From positions 34,409-98,408 of the forward strand of contig JAEUHQ010000103.1 in assembly GCA_016794565.1 (NCBI GenBank): a DNA stretch of 64,000 nucleotides, given 5' to 3'. The notes below the pieces were generated by a model. It did no database searches. It saw only the letters and a list, made by a program, of their open reading frames with translations, and had not been told where the DNA came from. How positions within the stretch are numbered: the stretch's first letter is position 1; every line of letters begins with the position of its first letter. The DNA comes from Planctomycetota bacterium (GTDB lineage: Bacteria; Planctomycetota; UBA1135; UBA2386). The position numbers and the translations under genes were made by a program. Positions 27,623-37,582 of this stretch are shown piece after piece.

Positions 27623-28588
27623 ATGAACTTCCTCGCCGGCGTCGACGAAGCAGGACTCGGTCCGATCCTCGGACCGCTGGTCGTCGCCGGCGTCGCGATG
27701 ACCGGTCCCGAGGGCACCGATCCGTGGAAGGCACTCGCGCGTCACGTCGCGAAGACGAAGCACACGAAGGGCAAGGTGCGCGTCGCGGACAGCAAGCAGG
27801 TGAACCAGGGTCCACACGGCGCCTGCCGGCTCGAAGAGACCGCGCTCGTCTTCTGGACCGCCATGCACGGCGAGCTTCCCGCCTCGCTCGAGGAGCTGCT
27901 CGGGAGGATCGGCGTCGACGTCGCGCACCTGCGCCGCTGCCCCTGGTACGAGGACCTCGCACTCTGTCTGCCGCGCGCTGCCGACGCCGGATTCGTGCAA
28001 CTGCACGGCGCCCTCGTGCGACGCGCGCTCGACAAGGCCGGCATCGCACTCGTCGACCTGGCTCTCCGCCCCGTGGACGTCGAAGAGTGGAACGACCTCA
28101 TCGCCGACACCGACAACAAGAGTCGAGCGCACTTCCGCGCCTACTCCGAAGTGATCGCGCGCCTGCTGGCCCACGCTCCGGCACGATTCGAGCCGGGAGC
28201 CCACGGCCACCTCGTCGCCGACCGCTGCGGGGGTCGCATGCACTACGCCGGCGACCTCGCCCGGCTGTGTCCAGGAGCGACGGTCACCACGGTCACCGAG
28301 ACGCCGGAAGTGTCGTCCTACCGCCTGCACCGCCCCGGCGGCGAGGTCGCGATCACGTTCGCGGAACGCGGCGAGAGCCGCTCCTTCCCGACCGCGCTCG
28401 CGAGCTGCTTCGCGAAATACCTGCGCGAACTGATGGTCGAGGCGATGAACCGATGGTTCTGCGCCCGCGTGCCGGGACTGCAGCCGACCGCCGGCTACTA
28501 CACCGACGGCCATCGCTTCCTCGACGACGTCGAGCCGCTCCTGCGCGATGCTTCGTTGCCGCGCGGGCGACTCGTGCGCGTGCGCTGA
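27623..28588 (+). CDS. RNase HII-family protein with ~100-aa C-terminal extension (321 aa)
   Basis: MNFLAGVDEAGLGPILGPLVVAGV matches the RNase HII DEAGRGP catalytic motif. Second Asp in VADSKQV; possible fourth in ADTDNKS..AYSEVIARL. Confidence 0.55.
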   Translation: MNFLAGVDEAGLGPILGPLVVAGVAMTGPEGTDPWKALARHVAKTKHTKGKVRVADSKQVNQGPHGACRLEETALVFWTAMHGELPASLEELLGRIGVDVAHLRRCPWYEDLALCLPRAADAGFVQLHGALVRRALDKAGIALVDLALRPVDVEEWNDLIADTDNKSRAHFRAYSEVIARLLAHAPARFEPGAHGHLVADRCGGRMHYAGDLARLCPGATVTTVTETPEVSSYRLHRPGGEVAITFAERGESRSFPTALASCFAKYLRELMVEAMNRWFCARVPGLQPTAGYYTDGHRFLDDVEPLLRDASLPRGRLVRVR

Positions 28589-28605
28589 GCCCCGGCGCCC
28601 GCGGT

Positions 28606-29079
28606 TCAGCTCTCGACGAACCCGGAGTCGTCGAGGAGGTCGCCGCCCGAGGCGGCGGCCACCGCGAGCTGGTCGCAGCGTTCGTTCTCGGGATCCCCGG
28701 TGTGGCCGCGCACCCACTTCCACGTCACGTCGTGCGGCTCGAGCGCGCGCAGCAGCCGCACCCACAGATCCTGGTTCTTCACCGGCTGCTTGTTCGCGGT
28801 CTTCCACCCGCGCTTCTGCCAGCCATCGATCCAGTTCTTCGTGAAGGCGTGCACGACGTACTGCGAGTCGGACCACGCCGTCACCGCGCACGGACGCTTC
28901 AATGACTCGAAGCCGACGATCGCGCCGAGCAGCTCCATGCGGTTGTTGGTCGTGCGACGGTAGCCGGCCGACAGCTCCTTCCGGTGCCCGCCCGCGAGCA
29001 GCACCGTGCCGTACCCACCGGGGCCGGGATTGCCGAGGCACGCACCGTCGCTGTAGATCGTGACCACGGTCGCCGTCAT
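28606..29079 (-). CDS. rnhA: Ribonuclease HI (157 aa)
   Basis: [31 protein letters not shown] and SDSQYVV are the RNase H catalytic D/E/D motifs. cat at 29077-29079. Confidence 0.9.
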   Translation of the reverse strand: MTATVVTIYSDGACLGNPGPGGYGTVLLAGGHRKELSAGYRRTTNNRMELLGAIVGFESLKRPCAVTAWSDSQYVVHAFTKNWIDGWQKRGWKTANKQPVKNQDLWVRLLRALEPHDVTWKWVRGHTGDPENERCDQLAVAAASGGDLLDDSGFVES

Positions 29080-29684
29080 GGCTCCGGAATACCGGGCCGA
29101 TGCGCCGCGGACAACGTCGCGGCGAATCGCTCGAGCTCCGGCCACAGTTCGTCGAAGTCCGCGGCGAATGCCGCGCGCTCCCGCCGCAGGATCTCGCCGC
29201 CCGCGGCGAGCGGCGTCGGGCGTGCGACGCGGCCCGCCATGCGCTCGAGCACGGCGTCGATGCCCGCGAGCGTCGAGTACTCGAAGAGCCAGCGTTCGCG
29301 CCGCATCCACGGCAGCACGCTCCGCAGACGCGGCGGCAGGTGCGCTTCGTTTCGCGCCAGCAGATCGTGCACGTCGTCGACGAACTGCGTCAGCGGACGG
29401 CCATCGCCGAAGCGATCCCAACCGCTCGCGAGGAAGTGGTCGAAGTACACGTCGACGAGCACTCCGGCGAAGCGACGGAACGGCGGCTCGAACCGACCGC
29501 GGGCGCGGCGCACCACCGTGTGCGCGTCGACGAAGCGGTCGATCGCCCGGTGCTGCTCGATTCCGGCGCGCACGTCGTCGTGCAGCAGCGCCGTGTCGAC
29601 GCCGCGAACGAAGTCGCCGGCGAGATTGCCGACCCGCACGAGCGGGGCAGCGGGCGCGAGTCGCAGGTGTGCCAGCCAGTTCAC
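29076..29684 (-). CDS. Acyl carrier protein phosphodiesterase (AcpH)-like, GTG start (202 aa)
   Basis: [10 protein letters not shown]...[10 protein letters not shown] resembles the AcpH N-terminus (MNFLAHLHLA). 4-nt overlap with the rnhA start. Confidence 0.55.
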   Translation of the reverse strand: MNWLAHLRLAPAAPLVRVGNLAGDFVRGVDTALLHDDVRAGIEQHRAIDRFVDAHTVVRRARGRFEPPFRRFAGVLVDVYFDHFLASGWDRFGDGRPLTQFVDDVHDLLARNEAHLPPRLRSVLPWMRRERWLFEYSTLAGIDAVLERMAGRVARPTPLAAGGEILRRERAAFAADFDELWPELERFAATLSAAHRPGIPEP

Positions 29685-29792
29685 GCCGGCAGCATCCGCC
29701 GCAGTGCACGGCGCGCCAACGTGCGACCCGGAAACGCGAACGGGCGCCCGCGGCGCCCGTTCACGATGCCGGCGAGCCGGCACACGCGCTCG

Positions 29793-31691
29793 TCAGAACA
29801 GGTTGCAGAGCGAACGGACGCCGTTGCTCAGCACGCCGCCGAACGCGTTCTGGCCGTTCGGCAGGCTGTTCGGCGCGAAGAGCGACAGCGCCTGCGAGTA
29901 GAAGCTCACGCCGGGAGCCAGCGGCTGCGGGATCGACAGCGTCGCCGTCGCGGTCGGCGCCGTGCCCGACATCGGGACCGTCACGTCCAGCGACAGGATG
30001 TTCAGGTTGCAGCCGGGCATGCCGAGGAAGCCCATGTCCAGGCCGCCCGGGAACGGGGCGACGCTGAACATCAGCAGCGTGATGCCTACGCCGAACGGCG
30101 GAACGACGTCGACGACGTTCGTCGCCGTGTAGGTGACCGGCACGGTCGGACCGCCGAGCGTGAACACCGGGTCCGGCGACGCCGACAGCGCGAGCGGCTG
30201 CAGGACAGTGTCCGGCGAGGTGATTGCAGGCGTTCCCGTCGCGAGGCTGATCGAGCCAGGGTCGTTGGAGGGGCCGGCCGGCGAGTAACCCACGACCGTG
30301 CCGCCGAACGGCGTCGTCGCGGTCATCAGGTCCCACACGATCAGGACCTCACCGGTGTTGAGGTTCAACTGGAACTGGAAGCGGTCCGTGTCCTGCGTCG
30401 TGAAGTAGCGGACGAGGTCGATGTAGGAGACGACGAGCAGCGTGCCGCCGACCGTCGGAACCTCTTCCCAGCTGATCGAGCCGGTGACACCCGGGTCGTA
30501 GTCCGCGTTGCTGCGGAAGCTCGGCACGAACGCGTTGAGGAGTTCGTACACCGAGCCGTAGGCCCAGACCGGATTCGAGCCGGACGGGCCCATGTTCACG
30601 AAGCCGTTCGAGCACACCGACACCGTCGGCACGGCGCCGCTGATGGTCGGGAAGGCGAGCGACGGGGTGATGTCCGCTTCGCTGTCGTCCGTGAGGAACA
30701 GCTGGTTCGCGCCGCCGGTGGGAGCGATCCACGCGCCGCCGCCCCACGTCACGAGGTAGCCGGTGACGAGCGGGTTGAAGCGCACCGAGTTGCCGGTGAG
30801 GCCGGCGGACGACGACGGGCCGTCGGGGAAGTACTCGTAGATGGCCTGCGACGCGGACACGTAGTCGTAGCAGCCGCTGCCGTACGGATCGTTGCGGGCG
30901 CCCGCGCAGATCAGGTTCGACGTGAAGCCGCCGATGCCGTTCGGCGAGAAGCGCACCGTCGTGCCGGCGAGGTCGAACGGATTGCCGAAGAACGGATCGA
31001 ACGTCTGGTAGAGCAGGCCGAGCGTGCCGGAGTCGGCATTGCCGCTGAGATCGCTCTCCGGCGTGGCGAACGAACCGACGCCACCGCCGATGGACACGCC
31101 GACGATGTACGGAGTGCTGCCCGCCAGCGCAGTCGCCGAGTCGTACGAGACGTCGATCTCGCCCGACGCGTAGAGCGTGCAGCTGATGTTGAACGAGCCG
31201 GTCGGGCTGCCGCCCGAGTAGAGCCACACGTCGACCCACGTGACCCTGCACTGGCCGGGCACCGACTGGTCGATGGCAACCTGCCACGCGCTGTTCGTGC
31301 CGAAGTCGAGGTCGCTGCCGAACGCCGCGATGCGCGGCGAGGCGATCGAGCTGAAGCCGCGCAGCTCGTCGAGGTAGGTGATGCCGTAGTCGGTCGGCTG
31401 CAGCAACCCGTAGTTGCCGTCGGTCAGGTAGATCTCGCCGTTCGACGAGACGTAGATGCGGTCGATGGTCCGCGGGGCTCCCGCCATCGGGAACACGAAG
31501 CCGAGCGGGACCGACGGCACGGTCAGGCCTTCGTCCGACACCGTGTAGAAGGATGTCGTCGGCAGCAGCGTTGCAGCAGCGCCGGAGGGAGCTCCGAGAC
31601 ACTGCGCCGCGGCTGCGGACGCGAGGAGAGACGCCACGAGCACACTGGGGGCATGGAAAGACACAGGAACCTCCGTTTGGAGACGAGTCAT
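29793..31691 (-). CDS. Family B secreted paralog, copy B3 (632 aa)
   Basis: Start MTRLQTEV (cat at 31689-31691) with signal peptide ...LLASAAAAQC. Collinear with B2 throughout: duplicated VTW...F.FQLNL module and tail [13 protein letters not shown]...LSNGVRS. Blocks of >30 nt are identical to B2 at 29985-30060 vs 16361-16440. Confidence 0.75.
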   Translation of the reverse strand: MTRLQTEVPVSFHAPSVLVASLLASAAAAQCLGAPSGAAATLLPTTSFYTVSDEGLTVPSVPLGFVFPMAGAPRTIDRIYVSSNGEIYLTDGNYGLLQPTDYGITYLDELRGFSSIASPRIAAFGSDLDFGTNSAWQVAIDQSVPGQCRVTWVDVWLYSGGSPTGSFNISCTLYASGEIDVSYDSATALAGSTPYIVGVSIGGGVGSFATPESDLSGNADSGTLGLLYQTFDPFFGNPFDLAGTTVRFSPNGIGGFTSNLICAGARNDPYGSGCYDYVSASQAIYEYFPDGPSSSAGLTGNSVRFNPLVTGYLVTWGGGAWIAPTGGANQLFLTDDSEADITPSLAFPTISGAVPTVSVCSNGFVNMGPSGSNPVWAYGSVYELLNAFVPSFRSNADYDPGVTGSISWEEVPTVGGTLLVVSYIDLVRYFTTQDTDRFQFQLNLNTGEVLIVWDLMTATTPFGGTVVGYSPAGPSNDPGSISLATGTPAITSPDTVLQPLALSASPDPVFTLGGPTVPVTYTATNVVDVVPPFGVGITLLMFSVAPFPGGLDMGFLGMPGCNLNILSLDVTVPMSGTAPTATATLSIPQPLAPGVSFYSQALSLFAPNSLPNGQNAFGGVLSNGVRSLCNLF

Positions 31692-31859
31692 GGACACCGG
31701 TCGCAACTGGGAACGAGGGCGCGCCGGTGGTGGTCGGGAACCTACTCCAACCGCGCAAGCGCGTCGACTCCGCTTGTCGGTGACGGATTTGTCCCACCGC
31801 GCGCGCGGAAGCACACGCGTGCCTCGGTCGCAGGCCGTGCCTACACTCCCCGCCCGCCG

Positions 31860-34800
31860 ATGAGCACCGAACTGCCCACGAAGTACGACCCGCAGACCCT
31901 GGAGCCGGCCGTGACGGCGCGATGGCTCGACCACAAGGCGTTCGCCGCGCTGCCTGACGGCCGTGCGAATCGCTACGTCGTGATGATGCCGCTGCCGAAC
32001 GTCACCGGCGCCCTCCACATGGGGCACGCGATGGACAACGTCATGCAGGACCTGCTCATCCGCTGGCACCGCATGCAGGGTGACAACACCCTGTGGCAGG
32101 CCGGCACCGACCACGCCGGCATCGCGACGCAGGCCGTCGTCGAGAAGCGCCTGAAGGAGATCGAGAACAAGACGCGCCACGACGTCGGCCGCGCGGGTCT
32201 GGTGCAACGCATCCACGACTGGGCGGCCCAGAGCAAGAAACGCATCGTCGGCCAGCAGCAGGCCATGGGCTGCTCGTGCGACTGGGACCGCGCCCGCTTC
32301 ACGATGGACGACGTCTGCGCCCGCTCCGTGCGCCACACGTTCTTCGCGATGTTCAAGGACGGCCTGATCTTCCGCGGCAACCGCCTCGTGAACTGGGACT
32401 GCGCGCTGCAGACCGCCGTCGCCGACGACGAGCTCTACAAGGCGACGGTGCAGGGCAAGTTCCACTACCTGCGCTACCCCGTGGTCGCTGCGGCGGCGGG
32501 CGAACCACAGCACGTGGTCGTCGCGACCACCCGCCCCGAGACGATGCTCGGCGACACAGCGGTGGCCGTGCATCCCGAGCCGACCAAGGCGCTGCGTGCG
32601 GCCGTCGAGGCGCAGCGTCGCACGGTCGCCGACGCCCCGGCGAAGGAGCGCGCGGACGCGGAGCGCGAACTCGAACGGCTCGAGCAGCGCCTCCGCGACC
32701 TGCTGCCGACGCTCGAACGGATCGCGCAGATGGCGAAGGCGGGCCGCAAGGTGAAGCTGCCGCTCGTGGATCGAGAGATCCCGATCGTGCTCGACGCATG
32801 GGCCGACCCGTCGCTCGGCACCGGCTGCGTGAAGATCACGCCGGCGCACGACCCCAACGACTACCAGGTGTGGCAGCGCCACCCGCAGATCGGCGCGGTC
32901 AACGTGCTGAACCCGGACGGCACGATCAGCGACCAGGGCGGCCCGTACCGCGGCCAGGATCGCTTCGTGGCACGGAAGAACGTGATGGCCGACCTCGAGC
33001 GACTGGGGCTCGTCGAACGGATCGAGGACCGCACGATCGAGATCGACCACAGCGATCGCAGCAAGACGATCGTCGAGCCGTACCTGAGCAAACAGTGGTT
33101 CGTGCGCATGGGCGACGTCGAGGGCGGCGTCGTGATGGGCCGCGGCACGAACAAGGAGTTCCGCAGCGCCGGCTTGGCGCAGGCGGCGCTCGACGCGTCG
33201 GCCGGCACACTGCCGCCGTTCGCCGACGGCAGCGCGCGAAAGGCGGTCGCGTTCCATCCCGATCCCGAGCGCTACCGGAAGATGTACGACCAGTGGCTCG
33301 CCGAGAAGCGCGACTGGTGCATCAGCCGCCAGCTCTGGTGGGGTCACCGCATTCCGGTGTGGCGCGGTGACATGGCGACCAACCGCCTGTTGATGCTCGA
33401 GCCCATGCTCGGCTCGCAGCTCGCACGCAACGACGTCGCCGCATGGGTGCTGCTGCCGGACGGCACACGCCTGTCGCCGAAGGACGCGTTCGCGCAGTGC
33501 AAGGGCCCGGGCGCGCCGACGTCCGTCGAAGTGCAGGTCTGCTTCCTCGATGCGAAGAACGACGAGATGCTCGGCGCGATCCTCCAGGGCGCCGGACTGC
33601 AGCTCGATCCCGACGTGCTCGACACGTGGTTCAGCAGCGCGCTGTGGCCGCACAGCACGCTCGGCTGGCCCGACCCGCAGACGGCGAAGGTCGACCCCGG
33701 CCAGACCTCGCTCGCCGCGAACGGCATCACGCCCGACGCGCTGTCGTACTGGTACCCGGGTTCGTGCCTCGTCACGGGCCGCGACATCATCACCCTGTGG
33801 GTCGCGCGCATGGTGATGACGGGCCTCTACAACCTCGGCGACGTGCCGTTCACCAGCGTGTTCCTGCACGCGACCATCCTCGACGGCAAGGGCGAGCGGA
33901 TGAGCAAGAGCAAGGGCAACGGCATCGACCCGCTCGACATCATCCAGCGCTACGGCGCCGATGCGCTGCGCTACGTCGTGTGCGAACTGCAGACGGGCAC
34001 GCAGGACATCCGGCTGCCGGTGCAGGCGATCTCCCCGTTCACGAAGCCCGGCGAACCCGAGCAGCTCGTCGATCTGGCGACCGCGAAGCCGGGCCCCTAC
34101 CTCGGCACCTTCCTCGATCCCGCGACGAAGCAACCGATGGACCTCATCGGCCAGTACACGGCCGAGGGCATCACGCCGGCGAAGGCGACCAGCGAACGCT
34201 TCGCCGTCGGCGGCAACTTCTGCAACAAGCTCTTCAACGCGGCGCGCTTCGCGTTCCTGAACCTCGAAGGCACCGCTTTCCGACCGCTCGAAGTCGGCAA
34301 GCTGCCGATCGAGGACCGCTGGATCCTGTCGCGCCTGCAGGCGGCGATCGCCTCGGTGCAGAAGAGCCTCGAGGCGTACAACCCGTCGGCGGCCATCGGG
34401 ACGGCGCGCGACTTCTTCTGGAACGAACTCTGCGACTGGTACCTCGAGATGGTGAAGCCGCGCTTCAAGGACGGCGCCGATGCCGCGGGGCGCGCCGACG
34501 CACAGCAGGTGCTGGCGGCGGTGATGGACCAGACGCTGCGGCTGCTGCACCCGTTCGTGCCGTTCCTCACCGAGACGCTGTGGACGAAGCTGAACGAACT
34601 CGCTCCGCGGCGCGGCGTGGTGACGGAGTTCGTGCCGAGCGCGATGCTGGTGCAGGCGAAGTGGCCCACGGGTGACGCGCGCTGGCCCGCCCCGTCGATC
34701 GAGCGCGACATCGCGTCGATGCGAGACTGGTGCGTCGCGATCCGCGAGACCCGGGCGCGCTACCAGGTGCCGCCGCGCGATCGCCTCGTAGCCCGCTTCT

Positions 34801-35162
34801 CGGCGGCTGGCGACGCCGCGACGACGCTGCGAGCCACCGCGTCCCTGCTCGCGCACATGAGCGGCCTCGCCGAGATCACCATCGACACGAACGCCGAGCG
34901 CACGCCGGACAGCGCGACCGTCGTGCTCGGTGCCTGCAAGGCGTTCCTGCTCGGCGTCGTCGACCTCGCCAAGGAGAAGGCCAGGCTCGACAAGGAAGCC
35001 GAGAAGCTGCGCTCCCAGATCGCCGGCATCGAGAAGAAGCTGGGCAACGAGGGCTTCGTCGCGAAGGCCCCGCCCGCCGTCATCGAGAAGGAGCGCGCTG
35101 CGCTGGCGGCGCTGCAAGCGCAGCTCGCCGGTGTCGAGCAGAGTCTTCGCGACCTCGCCTGA
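31860..35162 (+). CDS. valS: Valine--tRNA ligase (1100 aa)
   Basis: MSTELPTKYDP...PNVTGALHMGHA (HIGH motif), KMSKSKGN (KMSKS motif) and a C-terminal coiled coil. In frame with the 2020-aa ORF, whose 5' part is artefact. Confidence 0.95.
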   Translation: MSTELPTKYDPQTLEPAVTARWLDHKAFAALPDGRANRYVVMMPLPNVTGALHMGHAMDNVMQDLLIRWHRMQGDNTLWQAGTDHAGIATQAVVEKRLKEIENKTRHDVGRAGLVQRIHDWAAQSKKRIVGQQQAMGCSCDWDRARFTMDDVCARSVRHTFFAMFKDGLIFRGNRLVNWDCALQTAVADDELYKATVQGKFHYLRYPVVAAAAGEPQHVVVATTRPETMLGDTAVAVHPEPTKALRAAVEAQRRTVADAPAKERADAERELERLEQRLRDLLPTLERIAQMAKAGRKVKLPLVDREIPIVLDAWADPSLGTGCVKITPAHDPNDYQVWQRHPQIGAVNVLNPDGTISDQGGPYRGQDRFVARKNVMADLERLGLVERIEDRTIEIDHSDRSKTIVEPYLSKQWFVRMGDVEGGVVMGRGTNKEFRSAGLAQAALDASAGTLPPFADGSARKAVAFHPDPERYRKMYDQWLAEKRDWCISRQLWWGHRIPVWRGDMATNRLLMLEPMLGSQLARNDVAAWVLLPDGTRLSPKDAFAQCKGPGAPTSVEVQVCFLDAKNDEMLGAILQGAGLQLDPDVLDTWFSSALWPHSTLGWPDPQTAKVDPGQTSLAANGITPDALSYWYPGSCLVTGRDIITLWVARMVMTGLYNLGDVPFTSVFLHATILDGKGERMSKSKGNGIDPLDIIQRYGADALRYVVCELQTGTQDIRLPVQAISPFTKPGEPEQLVDLATAKPGPYLGTFLDPATKQPMDLIGQYTAEGITPAKATSERFAVGGNFCNKLFNAARFAFLNLEGTAFRPLEVGKLPIEDRWILSRLQAAIASVQKSLEAYNPSAAIGTARDFFWNELCDWYLEMVKPRFKDGADAAGRADAQQVLAAVMDQTLRLLHPFVPFLTETLWTKLNELAPRRGVVTEFVPSAMLVQAKWPTGDARWPAPSIERDIASMRDWCVAIRETRARYQVPPRDRLVARFSAAGDAATTLRATASLLAHMSGLAEITIDTNAERTPDSATVVLGACKAFLLGVVDLAKEKARLDKEAEKLRSQIAGIEKKLGNEGFVAKAPPAVIEKERAALAALQAQLAGVEQSLRDLA

Positions 35163-35180
35163 TCCGGCGGACGGCGCCGT

Positions 35181-36218
35181 TCAGCGGATCTTGTCGTCGT
35201 AGAGCGAGGCGAGGTCCTGCAGCCGCGCGCCCTTCTCGTCGCAGACCGCGAACTGGTCCGCGTAGAGGCCCGCCGAGCCGAACTGGCCGCTCTTGTCGAT
35301 CCCGTAGAACTTCACCTGGAAGGCGGGCCGCCCCTGGTCGTCGAGCAGTCGCTTCACCTTGGTCAGTCGCACCACGCGTTTCACGGCCTCCATGCACGCA
35401 TCCGTCGGCGACTTGCCGAGCGCCATCTGGTGCACGACGAATGCGCCGCCGTTCGACAGGATGCACGCTTCGCCGCGGCCCGTCGAACCGCCGGTGCCGA
35501 CGTCGTTGTCGCAGTAGTTGCCGCAGCCGAGCAGCGGCGAGTCGCCGACGCGCCCCGGGATCTTGAACGCGAGGCCCGACGTGGTCGTGCACGAACCGAC
35601 GTCGCCGTTCGCGGCGACCGCGCCCAGGTGGATCGTGCCGGTCTTGTGTGCGTACTTCTTGAACCACTCCTTGCCGTGCTCGCCGTTCTCCTCCGGCGAC
35701 ACCCACTTGTCGATCGACGACCGCTTCTCGCGCCACTCGATCCACTTCTGCCGCGACTTCTCCGTGAGCAGGTTCTCGGCGACGAAGCCGTGCGCGAGGG
35801 CAAACCGCAGCGCTCCCTCGCCGACGAGCAGCACGTGGTCGGTGTGGCGCATCACCTTCAGCGCCACCTGCGCCGGGTTCTTGATGCTCTGCAGCGCGCC
35901 CACCGCGCCGCCGAGACCCGACGGACCGTCCATCACGCATGCATCGAGTTCGACGACGCCCTCCTCGTTCGGCAGGCCGCCGAGACCGACGCTGTCGTCC
36001 TCGGGATCGTTCTCGACGAGTTCGACTCCGGCGACCGCGGCGTCGACCGGGCGCCATCCCTCGTTCATGCGCTGCACGGCCAGTTCGACCGCCTTCACGC
36101 CGTTCTCGCTCGCGATCGCGACGGGAGAACGCAGTCGCCGCGGAGCGACGAACGCAGGTGCGACGAACGCGCCGGCTGCCGCCGACTGGAGGAAACGACG
36201 CCGGGAGAAGTCGCTCAT
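35181..36218 (-). CDS. Ntn-hydrolase of the asparaginase-2 family (glycosylasparaginase/isoaspartyl peptidase) with Tat signal (345 aa)
   Basis: MSDFSRRRFLQSAAAGAF is a twin-arginine signal. Autoproteolytic/nucleophile region HKTGTIHLGAVAANGDVGSCTTTSG and GGSTGRGEA. Confidence 0.85.
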   Translation of the reverse strand: MSDFSRRRFLQSAAAGAFVAPAFVAPRRLRSPVAIASENGVKAVELAVQRMNEGWRPVDAAVAGVELVENDPEDDSVGLGGLPNEEGVVELDACVMDGPSGLGGAVGALQSIKNPAQVALKVMRHTDHVLLVGEGALRFALAHGFVAENLLTEKSRQKWIEWREKRSSIDKWVSPEENGEHGKEWFKKYAHKTGTIHLGAVAANGDVGSCTTTSGLAFKIPGRVGDSPLLGCGNYCDNDVGTGGSTGRGEACILSNGGAFVVHQMALGKSPTDACMEAVKRVVRLTKVKRLLDDQGRPAFQVKFYGIDKSGQFGSAGLYADQFAVCDEKGARLQDLASLYDDKIR

Positions 36219-36315
36219 CCGGGCGAAGCTACACCGCCGACGCCCGCCGATCACCGTTGTCGGGAACGTCGCCGCGCGATTGAACCGCCGGCAGTCGGCG
36301 CCGTTGCGCGCCCCC

Positions 36316-37545
36316 ATGCACTCGCTCCCGACCATCGCGTTCGCGGCGTTCGTGGCCGCCCCGCCCCTCGTCGCCCAGGCTCCGTCGATCCGGAAGGACC
36401 CGCCGCAGGAACGGGCTCCGGCGTCGCCGGTGAAGCCCGTGCTCGCGCTCGGCGATGCGGGGATGGCGCGCGCTGCGCTCGCCAGGACGAAGCCGAAGGC
36501 CGCGGCGGCGATCCTGCTCGGCGTCGAGTGGCTCGTCGCGCACCAGAACAAGGATGGCCGCTGGGACTCCGACGGATTCGTGGCGCACGACGGCGACTCG
36601 CCGAGCGGCGGCCCCGGCAACCCGACGCAGGATGTCGCGGTCACGGGACTCGCGGTCCTCGCCCTCGCCCGCGAAGGTCGCGCGCCGGCCGACGACCCCC
36701 GGCGCGAGCCGCTGCTCCGTGCGGTGCACTGGCTCGTCGAGCAGCAGGAGGACAACGGGAGGCTCGGCCCGGCCACCGTGCACGACTTCGTGTACGGCCA
36801 CGCGATCGGCGCGTTCGCACTGTGCGCGGCGGTCGCGGCCACCGACAGCGACGAAGCGCGCGGTGCGGCGCAGAACGCACTCGCGCACCTCGAGGCGCAC
36901 CGCAACCCGTTCGGGGTGTGGCGCTACCAGCCCCGCGACAACGACAACGACTCCTCGGTCACGACGTGGGCCACGATGGCCTTGCTCGCCGGCGCGGAGG
37001 TCGGGATCGCGCCGCCGGCCCGCGCGCTGCAGCAGGTCGCCACGTGGTTCGACCTGGTCACCGACGAAGGCGGTCGCGCGGGCTACACGAAGCGCGGCGA
37101 GGCGAGTTCGCGCCAGGTGCGGACCGCGGGCCAGTTCCCGCCCGACCGCGGCGAAGCGATGACCGCGGCCGCACTGTGGTGTCGTTCGGCCCTCGGGCAG
37201 AACGCGACCGGCAACCCGGTGATCGCGGCCGGCGCGAAGCTGCTCCTCGGCAAGCCCCCCAGGTGGGATCCGGCCAGCGGCGACGTCGACTACTGCTACT
37301 GGCTGTTCGGTACGGAGGCGATGCGACGCCTCGGCGGCGCGGACCGCGACGCGTGGAACGACGAGCTGCTCGCGGCCATCCTGCCGGGCCAACGCACCGA
37401 CGCGACAGCAGCGGGCTCCTGGGATCCGGTCGATCCGTGGGGCGGCGACGGTGGACGTCTGTACTCGACTGCGCTCGCTGTCATGGCCCTGCAGGGCCTC
37501 TACGCCTTGAACGACACGAGCAAGGCGGACGCCGAGCCCAGGTGA
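36316..37545 (+). CDS. Secreted prenyltransferase/squalene-oxidase-repeat (alpha/alpha-toroid) protein (409 aa)
   Basis: Signal peptide MHSLPTIAFAAFVAAPPLVAQA. Repeated QxxxGxW-like motifs (QNKDGRWDSDGF, QQEDNGRLG, RNPFGVWRY, GSWDPVDPWGG). Confidence 0.7.
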   Translation: MHSLPTIAFAAFVAAPPLVAQAPSIRKDPPQERAPASPVKPVLALGDAGMARAALARTKPKAAAAILLGVEWLVAHQNKDGRWDSDGFVAHDGDSPSGGPGNPTQDVAVTGLAVLALAREGRAPADDPRREPLLRAVHWLVEQQEDNGRLGPATVHDFVYGHAIGAFALCAAVAATDSDEARGAAQNALAHLEAHRNPFGVWRYQPRDNDNDSSVTTWATMALLAGAEVGIAPPARALQQVATWFDLVTDEGGRAGYTKRGEASSRQVRTAGQFPPDRGEAMTAAALWCRSALGQNATGNPVIAAGAKLLLGKPPRWDPASGDVDYCYWLFGTEAMRRLGGADRDAWNDELLAAILPGQRTDATAAGSWDPVDPWGGDGGRLYSTALAVMALQGLYALNDTSKADAEPR

Positions 37546-37582
37546 TCCTGGCTCCGCGCGCGAACGCACCTACGCTGCGGCG

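Noticed and set aside
27082-27717. Full 211-aa ORF for the receiver-domain protein
   Set aside because: The first 69 codons are Pro/Ser/Arg-rich and precede the conserved receiver N-terminus MEVLLVEKDP. The internal ATG at 27510 was chosen.
29100-31859. Upstream 920 codons of the 2020-aa ORF containing valS
   Set aside because: They are antisense to the B3, AcpH-like and rnhA genes and arginine-rich. valS clearly begins at MSTELPTKYDP (31860).
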